A stretch of 64,000 nucleotides of DNA. Source: an uncultured Pelagibacteraceae bacterium (GTDB lineage Bacteria > Pseudomonadota > Alphaproteobacteria > Pelagibacterales > Pelagibacteraceae). The stretch spans positions 17,790-81,789 of the forward strand of contig CACNCB010000003.1 in the NCBI GenBank assembly GCA_902618695.1, read 5' to 3'. Positions 24,981-34,959 of this stretch are shown here, piece after piece. The notes below the pieces were generated by a model, which was given only the letters and a program-made list of their open reading frames with translations, ran no database searches and had not been told where the DNA came from. Numbering within the stretch: position 1 is the first letter of the stretch; each line of letters begins with the position of its first letter. The position numbers and the translations under genes were made by a program.

Positions 24981-26755
24981 TGAAATACCCAAAAGAGTAT
25001 CTTGATGAAATTAAAAAAAGGTTGAAAGTTTCAACGGTAGTATCAAAGATTGTTTCATTAAAAAAAAGAGGCAAAGAATATTTAGGTTTATCACCTTTCA
25101 AAAATGAAAAAACACCCTCATTTACTGTAAATGATGAAAAAGAATTCTATCATTGTTTTGCAACCTCAGAACATGGCAACATTTTTGATTTTGTGATGAA
25201 AACTCAAAATTTAAAATTTGGAGAGGCAGTTAAATACTTAGCTCAACTGGCAGGGATGCAGCCATATATGTTTTCAAAACAAGATGAAGAAAGAGAAAAA
25301 AAGTGGAATGAGTATAAATCCATTTTTAATCAATATGTTGAATTTTATCATAATGAACTTTTAAAAAATGAAAATTATTCAATTGCTAGAGATTATTTAA
25401 AAAATAGATCACTAGGTAAAGATGAAGTAAAAAAATTTAAAATAGGATACATAGAAAAAAATCCAAATTTTTTCGAAAAATTAAAACAAGATTATAGTGA
25501 ACAAACTCTAGTCGAGACTGGTTTATTCTATTTAGATGAGAAAAAAAAAATTTATGTCGAAAGATTTAGAGGTCGATTAATATTTCCAATCAATAATATT
25601 TCTGGTCAACCAATAGCATTAGGTGGAAGAATAATTGAAAATTTAGATTACTTAGCTAAATATATAAATTCACCTGAAACAAACTTTTTTAAAAAAGGAT
25701 CAAATTTATATAATTTAGATTTAGCAAGAAAACTTTCTAATAAAGTTGATCATATTTATCTGGTAGAGGGATATATGGATGTAGTAGGTCTAAGTAAAAA
25801 TGGAATAGATAATGCAGTAGCAAATCTTGGTACGTCTTTAACCGACAAGCAAATTTTAACTTTAAACCAATTTTTTGATGATATAATAATATGTTTTGAT
25901 GGTGATGAAAGTGGATATAAAGCTGCTCTTAGAGCCGCTGAAAATTCGATAAAGGAACTAAAACCTGAAAAACAAATTTCATTTTTGTTTCTTCCAAATA
26001 AAGAAGACCCAGATAGCTATGTAAATAAAAACGGCAAGGCTGATTTTTTAGAATTTACAAAGCAGGCCAAATTATCAATTCATCAATTTATTTTTAGTCA
26101 TTACAAAAAACAAACCAAAAATAATCCCTCATCGATGGCTATTTTTGAGAAAAAACTAAGAGAAATTGCAAATACAATAAAAGATGATTTTATAAAAAAA
26201 TATGTTTTAGAATACTTTTTGGAAAAAATTTCTGAGTTAACACCATATTCTAACCAAAATAATAAAAGATTTTATTCAAAGAAAAGAAAATCTTTAGAAA
26301 GCACAAAAAAATACTTTCAAGAAAGTCAGTCTTTGACCGGAGTTGAATTAAAAGAGTTCTCTTTATTATACTTGATCATAAATAAATTAGATTTGTTGCA
26401 AGCGAATATTCATTTGATTGAAAATATTAAATTATTTACTGAGTTTAATAAAAAAATTTTTGAAATGATTGTTGTAAAATTAAAATCTAGTTCACAAATT
26501 ACAATCCAAGATCTTGAATTAGATGTTCAGCTAATAGAAAAAATAAACAAATTTGCTCCGATCAAACATATTTTAAAAAATCAATATAATGATGATCAAA
26601 AAATAATTGGTATGTTAGAAGACATTTCTAGAGATTTAATGAATTACGATCTTGAGTTTAGAATTCAAGAATTAGAATCGAAGTTTTTAACCGATATGAG
26701 CGAGAATACATTTAATCAGCTAAAAGAGCTAAAAAAAAAGCAGAATCTCAATTAA
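24980..26755 (+). CDS. dnaG: DNA primase
   Basis: SPFKNEKTPSF..YHCF, RFRGRLIFPI, KYINSPET, TOPRIM VEGYMDV / FDGD. Confidence 0.96.
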   Translation: MKYPKEYLDEIKKRLKVSTVVSKIVSLKKRGKEYLGLSPFKNEKTPSFTVNDEKEFYHCFATSEHGNIFDFVMKTQNLKFGEAVKYLAQLAGMQPYMFSKQDEEREKKWNEYKSIFNQYVEFYHNELLKNENYSIARDYLKNRSLGKDEVKKFKIGYIEKNPNFFEKLKQDYSEQTLVETGLFYLDEKKKIYVERFRGRLIFPINNISGQPIALGGRIIENLDYLAKYINSPETNFFKKGSNLYNLDLARKLSNKVDHIYLVEGYMDVVGLSKNGIDNAVANLGTSLTDKQILTLNQFFDDIIICFDGDESGYKAALRAAENSIKELKPEKQISFLFLPNKEDPDSYVNKNGKADFLEFTKQAKLSIHQFIFSHYKKQTKNNPSSMAIFEKKLREIANTIKDDFIKKYVLEYFLEKISELTPYSNQNNKRFYSKKRKSLESTKKYFQESQSLTGVELKEFSLLYLIINKLDLLQANIHLIENIKLFTEFNKKIFEMIVVKLKSSSQITIQDLELDVQLIEKINKFAPIKHILKNQYNDDQKIIGMLEDISRDLMNYDLEFRIQELESKFLTDMSENTFNQLKELKKKQNLN

Positions 26756-26827
26756 TCAGCTAAAATTAGTGATGGATTTTTATATAATTGAGATTATATA
26801 AGATCCTTCAATTTACATTTAATTGCT

Positions 26828-28651
26828 GTGGAAAGAATAATTACTAAATCATTCGCTAGATTAATGGGTCGTGGAACTCATAGAGGGTTCATAACTTATG
26901 AAGAGTTAAGTAAATCTTTAGGAAAAAGAAATTTATCAGATGAAAATCTTGCCCAAGCATTTATTCATATTTTAGACGAAAATATTACCTTAGTAGAAAA
27001 AAAATCCGATTTTAAAGTTTTAAGAAAAAAAGAAAATTCCAATAAAGAAGAGGGTAAAACTATTGAAAAAAGTGACGACCCTATCCGAATGTATTTACGA
27101 GAAATGGGAGGCGTTGAACTACTTTCGAGAGAAGGAGAAATTGCGATAGCAAAAAGAATAGAGGCAGGAAAAGATGTAATGCTGATTGCACTTTCTCAAA
27201 GTCCAATAACTGCTCAACAATTTTTCGAGTGGAATACACAATTGCAAGAGGACAATATCTTAGTAAGAGAAATTATAGATATAGATACAAACTATATGGA
27301 AGATGAGTCAACTGGGCCAAGCGCTAAACAAAAAAATTCAGGAGAAAGTGAAAAAGAGGATGGATCTAATGATGAGGAAGAAGATTTTAACCCAACACTT
27401 GCTGCTATGGAAAGTGAAATAAAGCCAAAAGTGTTAAAAACTATCAATACTCTAACAAAAGAATATTCTAAATTAATTAAGTATCAAAAGGAAAAACTTG
27501 AATGTGTATTGAATTTAAAAAATTTTTCACCTGCAAAAGAAAGAGGATATGAGAAAATCGTCAATGATATATTAGAAAACATTAAATCATTACAGTTGTC
27601 TCCATCTGTTTTAGAAGGATTGGTTCAAAAACATTATGTTGAAAATAAAAAAATTATTTCTTTAGAAGGTAACTTACTTAGATTAGCAATGGATTATAAA
27701 ATACCAAGGAATGAATTTATTAAATTTTATGTTGGAAATGAAATTAACCCTAATCTAAAAAAATTTTTAGATACAAATAATATTTGGAAATTGTTTTTTG
27801 CAAAAAATAAAGAAGAATTTAAAAACATTAGAGAGCGTTTGATAGAAATCAGTAATAAACTTGGAATATCTGTTACAGATTTTAAAAAGTTGGTAAGTAG
27901 AATTCAAAAAGGTGAGAAAGAGTCTAGAATAGCAAAAAAAGAGATGGTGGAAGCTAATTTGAGATTGGTAATATCTATAGCAAAAAAATATACTAATAGA
28001 GGTTTACAATTCCTAGATCTAATTCAAGAGGGAAATATTGGTCTTATGAAAGCAGTAGATAAATTTGAATATAGAAGAGGTTATAAGTTTTCAACATATG
28101 CAACATGGTGGATAAGACAGGCAATAACAAGGTCAATAGCTGATCAAGCTAGAACTATTCGTATACCAGTTCATATGATTGAAACTATAAACAAAATTGT
28201 AAGAACACAGAGGTTGATATTAAGTGAATTTGGTAGAGAGGCAACACCTGAAGAATTAGCTAAGAAACTTAGAATGCCGCTAGATAAAGTTAGAAAAGTA
28301 TTAAAAATTTCTAAAGAGCCAGTTTCTTTAGAAAAACCTGTTGGTGATGAGGAAGACAGTAGTTTAGGAGATTTTATTGAAGATACAAAAGCTTTAGCAC
28401 CATTAGAGCAAGCGATTAAATCAAATTTGGGAGAAGCAACTACCAAAATACTTTCAACACTTACTCCAAGAGAAGAAAGAGTTTTAAGAATGAGATTTGG
28501 TGTGGGTATGAATACAGACCATACATTAGAGGAAGTAGGCCTCCAGTTCTCAGTTACAAGAGAAAGGATAAGACAAATTGAGGCAAAGGCACTTAGAAAG
28601 TTAAAGCACCCAAGTAGGTCTAAACAATTAAAAAGTTTCTTAGAAAGTTAA
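26828..28651 (+). CDS. rpoD: RNA polymerase primary sigma factor
   Basis: [49 protein letters not shown]; GTG start. Confidence 0.98.
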   Translation: MERIITKSFARLMGRGTHRGFITYEELSKSLGKRNLSDENLAQAFIHILDENITLVEKKSDFKVLRKKENSNKEEGKTIEKSDDPIRMYLREMGGVELLSREGEIAIAKRIEAGKDVMLIALSQSPITAQQFFEWNTQLQEDNILVREIIDIDTNYMEDESTGPSAKQKNSGESEKEDGSNDEEEDFNPTLAAMESEIKPKVLKTINTLTKEYSKLIKYQKEKLECVLNLKNFSPAKERGYEKIVNDILENIKSLQLSPSVLEGLVQKHYVENKKIISLEGNLLRLAMDYKIPRNEFIKFYVGNEINPNLKKFLDTNNIWKLFFAKNKEEFKNIRERLIEISNKLGISVTDFKKLVSRIQKGEKESRIAKKEMVEANLRLVISIAKKYTNRGLQFLDLIQEGNIGLMKAVDKFEYRRGYKFSTYATWWIRQAITRSIADQARTIRIPVHMIETINKIVRTQRLILSEFGREATPEELAKKLRMPLDKVRKVLKISKEPVSLEKPVGDEEDSSLGDFIEDTKALAPLEQAIKSNLGEATTKILSTLTPREERVLRMRFGVGMNTDHTLEEVGLQFSVTRERIRQIEAKALRKLKHPSRSKQLKSFLES

Positions 28652-28655
28652 TATA

Positions 28656-28730
28656 GGGCCGTTAGCTCAATAGTAGAGTACTGCATTGACATTGCAGGGG
28701 TAGTTGGAGCGTAACCAACACGGCCCACCA
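28656..28730 (+). tRNA. tRNA-Val(GAC) with atypical D- and T-loops
   Basis: Acceptor GGGCCGT/ACGGCCC, anticodon arm CTGCA-TTGACAT-TGCAG, T stem GTTGG/CCAAC, encoded CCA. Confidence 0.88.
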
Positions 28731-28785
28731 TTTATTATCTTTAATTGATATATATAAAAATATGATGTAACTAATAATAGATTTT

Positions 28786-28862
28786 GGGCCTGTAGCTCAG
28801 TTGGTTAGAGCAGTACACTCATAATGTATTGGTCCCAGGTTCGAGTCCTGGCGGGCCCACCA
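28786..28862 (+). tRNA. tRNA with CAT anticodon, most likely tRNA-Ile2 (lysidine-modified)
   Basis: GGGCCTG acceptor, loop CTCATAA, GTTCGAGTC, CCA; no initiator features; position after rpoD matches ileX-type genes. Confidence 0.85.
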
Positions 28863-28874
28863 TTAAAATTTAAA

Positions 28875-29468
28875 TCAATTTTTTGAAAATTCCTCTAAAG
28901 TTTTAAACAAAATATTAATGTTTCCATCATTAGAATTTAAAATAGAAGAGAATTCCTCTCTCTGTGTTCTTGCCAAACTTAGTCCCTCAATAATTAAATC
29001 TCTTATTAAAGGACTTTCTGGATCTTTTGTATAAACTCTCCAATCAATATTTACTTGCGGTCTTTCAGAAGTGCTAACCAAAATACTTTTAACAATTGTA
29101 TAATTTTTATTTAATATTTGTTTGCCCATTACTTCAATTTCAGGATTTGTATATTCTGCTAATCTGCTTGAAAAACTTTTTAAAAAATAAGATTCAAATA
29201 AGTTTGAATAAGTTATTTTTTGTTCATTATCTAAATTTTTTCTAGCAGATCCCAAGGAGTAGAAACCGACACCTTTTATATCAACTGTTTCTTTTGCAAT
29301 TATTTTAAGTTCTTCGATTTTTTCCTCTTTTGAGATATTTTGTGATAATATTTGTGATGCTCTATTGACTGTAGATTGAATAAATACATCTGGTGAAATA
29401 GAGTAGGCAAAATTAAAGTTTGCTAGAGTAAATACTAAAAATAGATTTAAAATAAATATTCTTTTCAT
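28875..29468 (-). CDS. mlaC: MlaC/Ttg2D periplasmic phospholipid-binding protein
   Basis: Signal peptide, IDWRV, IRDLIIEGLSL..TQREEF. Confidence 0.85.
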   Translation of the reverse strand: MKRIFILNLFLVFTLANFNFAYSISPDVFIQSTVNRASQILSQNISKEEKIEELKIIAKETVDIKGVGFYSLGSARKNLDNEQKITYSNLFESYFLKSFSSRLAEYTNPEIEVMGKQILNKNYTIVKSILVSTSERPQVNIDWRVYTKDPESPLIRDLIIEGLSLARTQREEFSSILNSNDGNINILFKTLEEFSKN

Positions 29469-29480
29469 CTCATTTTTTAT

Positions 29481-30272
29481 CTATTTTGAGTCTATTTCTT
29501 CCCAACCTTCGTCTTCTTTATATATTACTTCTATGCTCCCCCTTTGATTATTTTTTATTTTATTTTCTCTATCTTGATTGTATAGACTTCTAACTGAAGC
29601 ATAAAAATCTACTGAATTTTTTTCTAAATTATCAAATGACTCAATGTTTGTTGCTCTAAATTCTACAGCTGACAACATCTTTGTAGCAGCATACAGCTCA
29701 CCATCTAAATATTCGTTATTTCCATTTACTGATATATTGTAATAAGGATCTCCGCCCATTACATTTATAAACATCCCTGCAGTATCCCTAATTGTTGATG
29801 GACCTAAAACTGGTAAAACTAAATAACAACCTGGGCCAACTCCCCAAGTTCCTAGTGTTTGTCCATAATCCTCTTTAACATAAGATGGAAATCCCATTTC
29901 AGATGCAACATCAAATATTCCAAGTATTCCAATTGTTGTATTTACAATTAGTCTTCCAGTATTTATTCCAGCCATTTTAATATCGCCTTGTAGTACATTG
30001 TTTGGGATGGTTATTAAAGTTGAAAGATTGTTTAAAACATTACCAGTTCCTTTTTTTAATGGTGACGGTAAAGATCTGTATCCTTTAGCAACTGGTTTAA
30101 AAAAAACTTTATCTAATCCCTGATTCAATGCAAATGTTGCTCTATTTAGAGGTTCAAAGCAATCTTTGGTAGAATTATTTTTTTTTGATAATTCTAATTC
30201 TCCATCTGATCCAGCTACAGCGCTGGTAGCAATGAAAAAAGATAAAAAAGTTATTTTTAAAAATTTTACCAT
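29481..30272 (-). CDS. mlaA: MlaA/VacJ outer-membrane lipid asymmetry protein
   Basis: D.FEPLNR, NTTIGILGIFDVA, EDYGQTLG.WG, YLVLPVLGPST.RD. Confidence 0.92.
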   Translation of the reverse strand: MVKFLKITFLSFFIATSAVAGSDGELELSKKNNSTKDCFEPLNRATFALNQGLDKVFFKPVAKGYRSLPSPLKKGTGNVLNNLSTLITIPNNVLQGDIKMAGINTGRLIVNTTIGILGIFDVASEMGFPSYVKEDYGQTLGTWGVGPGCYLVLPVLGPSTIRDTAGMFINVMGGDPYYNISVNGNNEYLDGELYAATKMLSAVEFRATNIESFDNLEKNSVDFYASVRSLYNQDRENKIKNNQRGSIEVIYKEDEGWEEIDSK

Positions 30273-30373
30273 TTCTTTATAACTATATAGTGAATGTGCA
30301 TCTAAAGTAAATCAAGATTTAGTGCTAAAAATGACTTAAATATGGCCTAAAATAATCTAATAATACAACTATT

Positions 30374-31117
30374 ATGAGATTAAAAAATTTTTCTAATTAC
30401 TCACCAAATTTTAATTCAATAAAAAGAAAAAAAACCCAAATAAAATTTTTAATTTTTCATTACACAGGAATGAAAAAAGAATCTAACGCTATAAAAAAAT
30501 TAACTAGCTTAGGATCTGATGTTAGTTGCCATTATTTTATAAAAAAAAATGGAGAAATTTTAGTATTGGTACCTGATTTGTATATTGCATGGCATGCTGG
30601 CAAGTCTCGATGGAAAAATTATAAATCTCTAAACATTAACTCTATCGGTGTAGAAATAAGTAATCCTGGACATGACTTTAATTACAAGAAATTTTCAAAA
30701 AAACAAATCCAATCAATCATAAAATTAAGTAAATATTTAATAAATAAATATAATATTAAATCTAAAAATATTTTAGGGCACTCAGATATTTCGCCAGAAA
30801 GAAAGAAGGACCCGGGAGAAAAATTCCCCTGGAAAGAACTTGCTAAAAAAGGTGTAGGTTTGTGGCACTCAATTTCTATACAAAAATGTAAAAAAAATAG
30901 AAAAATTCAATTAGACAAAATTTGTGCAAGATTATTTTATGATAATTTATCTAAAATTGGTTATACGATAAAAAAAACCTTCAATATAAAAAATAAAAAA
31001 TTTAATAATAATGTTGTGAAAGCTTTTCAAAGAAGATTTAGACAAGAATTAGTGAATAATAAGCTTGATAAAGAATGTTTAATTATCAGCAAGAATTTAC
31101 TTAAAAAATTTAATTAA
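30374..31117 (+). CDS. N-acetylmuramoyl-L-alanine amidase (Amidase_2 with PG-binding domain; AmpD/AmiD-like)
   Basis: IFHYTG, VSCHY, AWHAG.S.W, SIGVEI, GHSDI.P.RK.DPG, VKAFQRRFR. Confidence 0.9.
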   Translation: MRLKNFSNYSPNFNSIKRKKTQIKFLIFHYTGMKKESNAIKKLTSLGSDVSCHYFIKKNGEILVLVPDLYIAWHAGKSRWKNYKSLNINSIGVEISNPGHDFNYKKFSKKQIQSIIKLSKYLINKYNIKSKNILGHSDISPERKKDPGEKFPWKELAKKGVGLWHSISIQKCKKNRKIQLDKICARLFYDNLSKIGYTIKKTFNIKNKKFNNNVVKAFQRRFRQELVNNKLDKECLIISKNLLKKFN

Positions 31118-31154
31118 ACTTCTTGAAGTTTAAAAAATTAGTATTAAATTAAAA

Positions 31155-31513
31155 GTGCCAGATAAATGACTTATCACTTTAATTAAATTTAAAGAGGAAA
31201 GTCCGGGCTCTACAAGGACACAGTGCCAGGTAACGCCTGGCGGGGGAAACCCTAGGGACAGTGCCACAGAAAATAAACCGCCATAACATGGCAAGGGTGA
31301 AAAGGTGTGGTAAGAGCACACCGGTTCTATTGGTAACAATGAACGCTGGAAAACCCCACTGGGAGCAAGACTAAGTAGAGATGACATTGTTGAAAAACTA
31401 AAAGCCGTCCTTGGCTAGTCATCAGGGTTAGTTGCTTGAGCTTAAGAGTGATCTTAAGCCTAGACAAATGATAGGTTTAAATGACAGAACCCGGCTTATA
31501 GTTTATCTGGCGC
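31155..31513 (+). ncRNA. rnpB: RNase P RNA (class A)
   Basis: GAGGAAAGTCCGGGCT, CAGTGCCACAGAAA, GGGTGAAAAGGTGTGGTAAGAGCACAC, ACAGAACCCGGCTTA; P1 GTGCCAGATAAA pairs with TTTATCTGGCGC. Confidence 0.97.
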
Positions 31514-31604
31514 TTCAAATTAAAATATCACTAAAAGTTTCTTAGTTTGTTCTCATTTTATAAGTAACAGTGCCTATTTTCTTTTATTACTAAAATAATA
31601 GGTA

Positions 31605-31660
31605 TTGACGTCTAGTTGTAAAACCCATAATATCCCATAAATTCCCATTAATATGGGAAT
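31605..31660 (+). promoter_or_regulatory. dcw promoter with MraZ-type 10-bp-periodic repeats
   Basis: -35 TTGACG at 31605-31610, -10-like TAATAT at 31628-31633; CCCAT at 31624, 31634, 31644, then ATGGG at 31653. Confidence 0.7.
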
Positions 31661-31677
31661 AAAAGAATTTATGTTTT

Positions 31678-32136
31678 ATGTTTTTATCAACATACGAAAA
31701 CAAATTAGACAAAAAAGGGAGAGTATCTGTGCCTGCTAGTTTTAGGTCACATTTATCCAACTTAGGTTATAACGGTGTTATTTGTTATCCATCATTTAAT
31801 AACTCATCTATAGAAGCATGTTCTCAAGATAGAATTGAAAAAATTTCTTCAGCAATTGACTCCTTAAATCCCTTTGAGGAAAAAAGAGATTATTTTGCAA
31901 CAGCAATATTAGCAGAAAGTATAAATTTACAATTTGATAGTGAGGGTAGAATTTCACTTTCATCAAAATTATTAAAACATGCAAAAATAAAAAATAGCAT
32001 GTTGTTTGTTGGTCAAGGCCAAACATTTCAAATATGGGAACCAACAGCATTTGAAAAATTTAAGATAACAGCGAGGAAAAAAGCAAATATTAATCGTGGT
32101 AATCTTAAATGGGAGCTTCAACATAACAAACAATAG
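31678..32136 (+). CDS. mraZ: division/cell wall cluster transcriptional repressor
   Basis: MF..TYENKLDKKGRVSVPA, FDSEGRI, FVGQGQTFQIW. Confidence 0.96.
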   Translation: MFLSTYENKLDKKGRVSVPASFRSHLSNLGYNGVICYPSFNNSSIEACSQDRIEKISSAIDSLNPFEEKRDYFATAILAESINLQFDSEGRISLSSKLLKHAKIKNSMLFVGQGQTFQIWEPTAFEKFKITARKKANINRGNLKWELQHNKQ

Positions 32137-32146
32137 GGGATAAAAG

Positions 32147-33628
32147 ATGACAATTAATTTTAAAGCACCAGAGATAAAAGAACTACAGCCACGACTACTA
32201 GTTTTAGGAGTTGGAGGAGCTGGCGGAAATGCAATTAACGAAATGATAGAAAATAATCTACAAGGAGTAGAATTTATTGCAGTAAATACTGATGCTCAAG
32301 ATTTGAAGCTTAGTAAAGCAAAAACGAGAATTCAAATTGGATTAAATTTAACGAAAGGTTTAGGAGCAGGTGCAAAACTTGATATAGGACAAGCTGCAGC
32401 TGACGAATCTTTAAATGAAATTGTAAATACACTTCAAGGCGCAAATATGGTTTTTATTGCAGCTGGTATGGGTGGTGGAACGGGCACTGGTGCTGCTCAT
32501 GTCATCGCAAGAGCTGCTAAAGAATTAAATATCTTAACTGTAGGTGTTGTGACTCTTCCATTTTTATATGAAGGCCCCTCTAGAATGAGAAGAGCACAAC
32601 AAGGTTTGGAGGAGTTAAGAAAACATGTTGATACAATAATTGTTATACCTAATCAAAACCTATTTAAAATAGCTAACGAACAGACTACTTTTGAAGAATC
32701 CTTTAACCTTTCAAATAATGTTTTAATGCATGGCGTTCAAAGTATAACTGATTTGATGGTTAGACCTGGTTTAATCAACTTAGATTTTGCTGATGTTGAA
32801 ACTGTTATGGCGGCAATGGGCAAAGCTATGATGGGAACAGGCGAAGCTGAGGGAGAAGGTAGAGCTCTAAAAGCGGCAGAGATGGCTATTAGCAATCCAT
32901 TAATTGATGATTATACTTTAAAAGGAGCAAAAGGATTACTAGTAAATATTACTGGTGGCAAAGATCTTAAACTTTTTGAAGTTGATGAGGCTGTAAATAA
33001 AGTTAGGGCAGAAGTAGACCCAGAGGCAGAGTTAATTATTGGAGCGATTACTGACACAGAATTAGACGGCAAGATGAGAGTTTCAATTGTTGCAACCTCA
33101 TTAGATGGTCAACAACCTGAGTCAAAATCTGTAGTAAATATGGTTCATAGAATTCAAAACCGTAACCCAGGTTATTCTGATTTTTCAAACATCGGGTCAT
33201 CTCAATCTTTCAATTTTTCAAACACAACAACGTCAAATCCAATAACGCATGGCGCTAATGCTTTAAAACTTGAAAATGAAATAATCCAACAGGATCAAAC
33301 AGAAAGTTCTCATAATCAAATGTTTAATGAGGCTGTTCATCAAAACACCAGTATGGAAAGCGAGAGTATAGTTGAGGATAGTTCTGTTAATGAGATGGAA
33401 AAATCTTTTACTCAAGAGGCAATGGAAGCAACTCGTGAAGAATCTGGAGAGAATAATTTTGAACAAGAAACATCCAATGATCTGAGAGAATTTGGAGTTG
33501 ATTCTGATTCACCAGATTTATTCAGTTCAGAAATAGATACATCAAGTTCAGATGAACTTTTATCTTCTGAGCATGAGGAAGAAGATGATCTTGAGATACC
33601 AGCATTCTTAAGAAGACAAAAAAATTAA
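32147..33628 (+). CDS. ftsZ: cell division GTPase FtsZ
   Basis: [26 protein letters not shown]-terminal [12 protein letters not shown]. Confidence 0.98.
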   Translation: MTINFKAPEIKELQPRLLVLGVGGAGGNAINEMIENNLQGVEFIAVNTDAQDLKLSKAKTRIQIGLNLTKGLGAGAKLDIGQAAADESLNEIVNTLQGANMVFIAAGMGGGTGTGAAHVIARAAKELNILTVGVVTLPFLYEGPSRMRRAQQGLEELRKHVDTIIVIPNQNLFKIANEQTTFEESFNLSNNVLMHGVQSITDLMVRPGLINLDFADVETVMAAMGKAMMGTGEAEGEGRALKAAEMAISNPLIDDYTLKGAKGLLVNITGGKDLKLFEVDEAVNKVRAEVDPEAELIIGAITDTELDGKMRVSIVATSLDGQQPESKSVVNMVHRIQNRNPGYSDFSNIGSSQSFNFSNTTTSNPITHGANALKLENEIIQQDQTESSHNQMFNEAVHQNTSMESESIVEDSSVNEMEKSFTQEAMEATREESGENNFEQETSNDLREFGVDSDSPDLFSSEIDTSSSDELLSSEHEEEDDLEIPAFLRRQKN

Positions 33629-33646
33629 TGGTCTTCCAAGAAATAA

Positions 33647-34657
33647 ATGGACGCCACCATAGTATCGAAAATGCAAAAGCATTATCCGGTACTGCTAAAA
33701 GAAATTATTAGCGTTATTTCCCCTCAACATGGTGGCACATTTATTGATTGTACATTTGGTCAAGGTGGTTATACCAAAAAAATATTAGATTTTAAAAATA
33801 CAAATGTAATTGCCCTAGACAGAGATATAGAGAGTGCAAAAATTGCAAATCAATTAAAAGAAAATTTTGAAGATAGATTTATTTTTAAAAATATTAAATT
33901 TAGTGAATTAAATAATTTAAAGCTCAAAAATGAAAACATAAGAGGAGTAATTTTTGATCTTGGTTATTCCTATGCTCAAATTAAAGATCCAAAAAAAGGA
34001 TTATCATTCGATAACAGTGGAAAATTAAATATGCAGCTCGGATTAAATAGTTACTCGGCAGAAGACGCAGTCAATAAACTTGATGAAAAAGAATTAGAAA
34101 AAATTTTCAAATTTTTTGGAGATGAAAAAGAAGCAAAATATATCGCACGTAATATCATAAATGAAAGATCTAAAAAAATAATTGATACTAAAGTTTTGGT
34201 AGAAATTATAGATAAATCTAAAAAAAGAAAAAATTTTAAAGTTCATAATGCAACCAAAGTTTTTCAAGCACTTAGAATCTTTGTAAATAAAGAAATAAGT
34301 GAATTAATTCATGGACTAATTAATGCTACTAAAGTTTTAAAAAAAGGAGGTGTTTTAGGCGTAGTTACTTTTCATTCTTTAGAGGATAAAATAGTAAAAT
34401 ATTTTTTTAAAAGTCTTTCTGAAAATGAAAGTATTTCACGGTATAGCCCTGCTGTAAAACAAGCAGATACATTATTTAATTTAATTAGAAAAAAACCAAT
34501 AATTCCTTCAGAAGAAGAGTTAAGTGAAAATCCACCATCTAGATCTGCTAAATTTAGATACGCAATAAAAAAAACTGATTTTTATAATTTTGATACCAAT
34601 ATAGAGGATCAATTCAAAAATTATATTGAAATTGAAAATTATGGAGACAAACTGTGA
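33647..34657 (+). CDS. rsmH: 16S rRNA m4C1402 methyltransferase
   Basis: [43 protein letters not shown]. Confidence 0.95.
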   Translation: MDATIVSKMQKHYPVLLKEIISVISPQHGGTFIDCTFGQGGYTKKILDFKNTNVIALDRDIESAKIANQLKENFEDRFIFKNIKFSELNNLKLKNENIRGVIFDLGYSYAQIKDPKKGLSFDNSGKLNMQLGLNSYSAEDAVNKLDEKELEKIFKFFGDEKEAKYIARNIINERSKKIIDTKVLVEIIDKSKKRKNFKVHNATKVFQALRIFVNKEISELIHGLINATKVLKKGGVLGVVTFHSLEDKIVKYFFKSLSENESISRYSPAVKQADTLFNLIRKKPIIPSEEELSENPPSRSAKFRYAIKKTDFYNFDTNIEDQFKNYIEIENYGDKL

Positions 34658-34959
34658 AAAAGTTTGCTTTAGCAGTAGTGATTTTTTTTTTAGTCCTATC
34701 AACTGCAATAATAAAAAATACGACTAAACAGATTGAAGATGAAATATTTACAACAAAAGAAAATATTAGAATTTTAAAGACTGATTTTGAAAATGTATCC
34801 TTGGAATATGATTATTTAAGTTCTTCAGAAAGGTTACTTGAATATCAGTCTCAGTATTTTGAGGATGAGTTAATTCAAAAAAATTTAAATGATATAAGGG
34901 TCTACAATATTTTAAATGATGTAAATAAAATCCACAATTTTAAAATTATTAAAGAGTAA
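34654..34959 (+). CDS. ftsL: cell division protein FtsL-like
   Basis: N-terminal TM then coiled coil, EYDYLSS.ERL; lies between rsmH and ftsI. Confidence 0.7.
   Translation: MKKFALAVVIFFLVLSTAIIKNTTKQIEDEIFTTKENIRILKTDFENVSLEYDYLSSSERLLEYQSQYFEDELIQKNLNDIRVYNILNDVNKIHNFKIIKE

Noticed and set aside
26712-26765. 14-bp direct repeat TTAATCAGCTAAAA at 26712 and 26752, upstream of rpoD
   Set aside because: Only two copies, one fully inside dnaG, in AT-rich sequence; not a CRISPR array or att pair; chance or a small local duplication.
28786-28862. Calling the CAT-anticodon tRNA an initiator or elongator tRNA-Met
   Set aside because: It lacks the C1:A72 mismatch and the three G-C anticodon-stem pairs of tRNA-fMet; the acceptor stem and rpoD-adjacent position fit tRNA-Ile2 better, though this is not proven.
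31130-31387. 85-aa minus-strand ORF
   Set aside because: Antisense to RNase P RNA; an open frame arising from the higher GC of the structural RNA.
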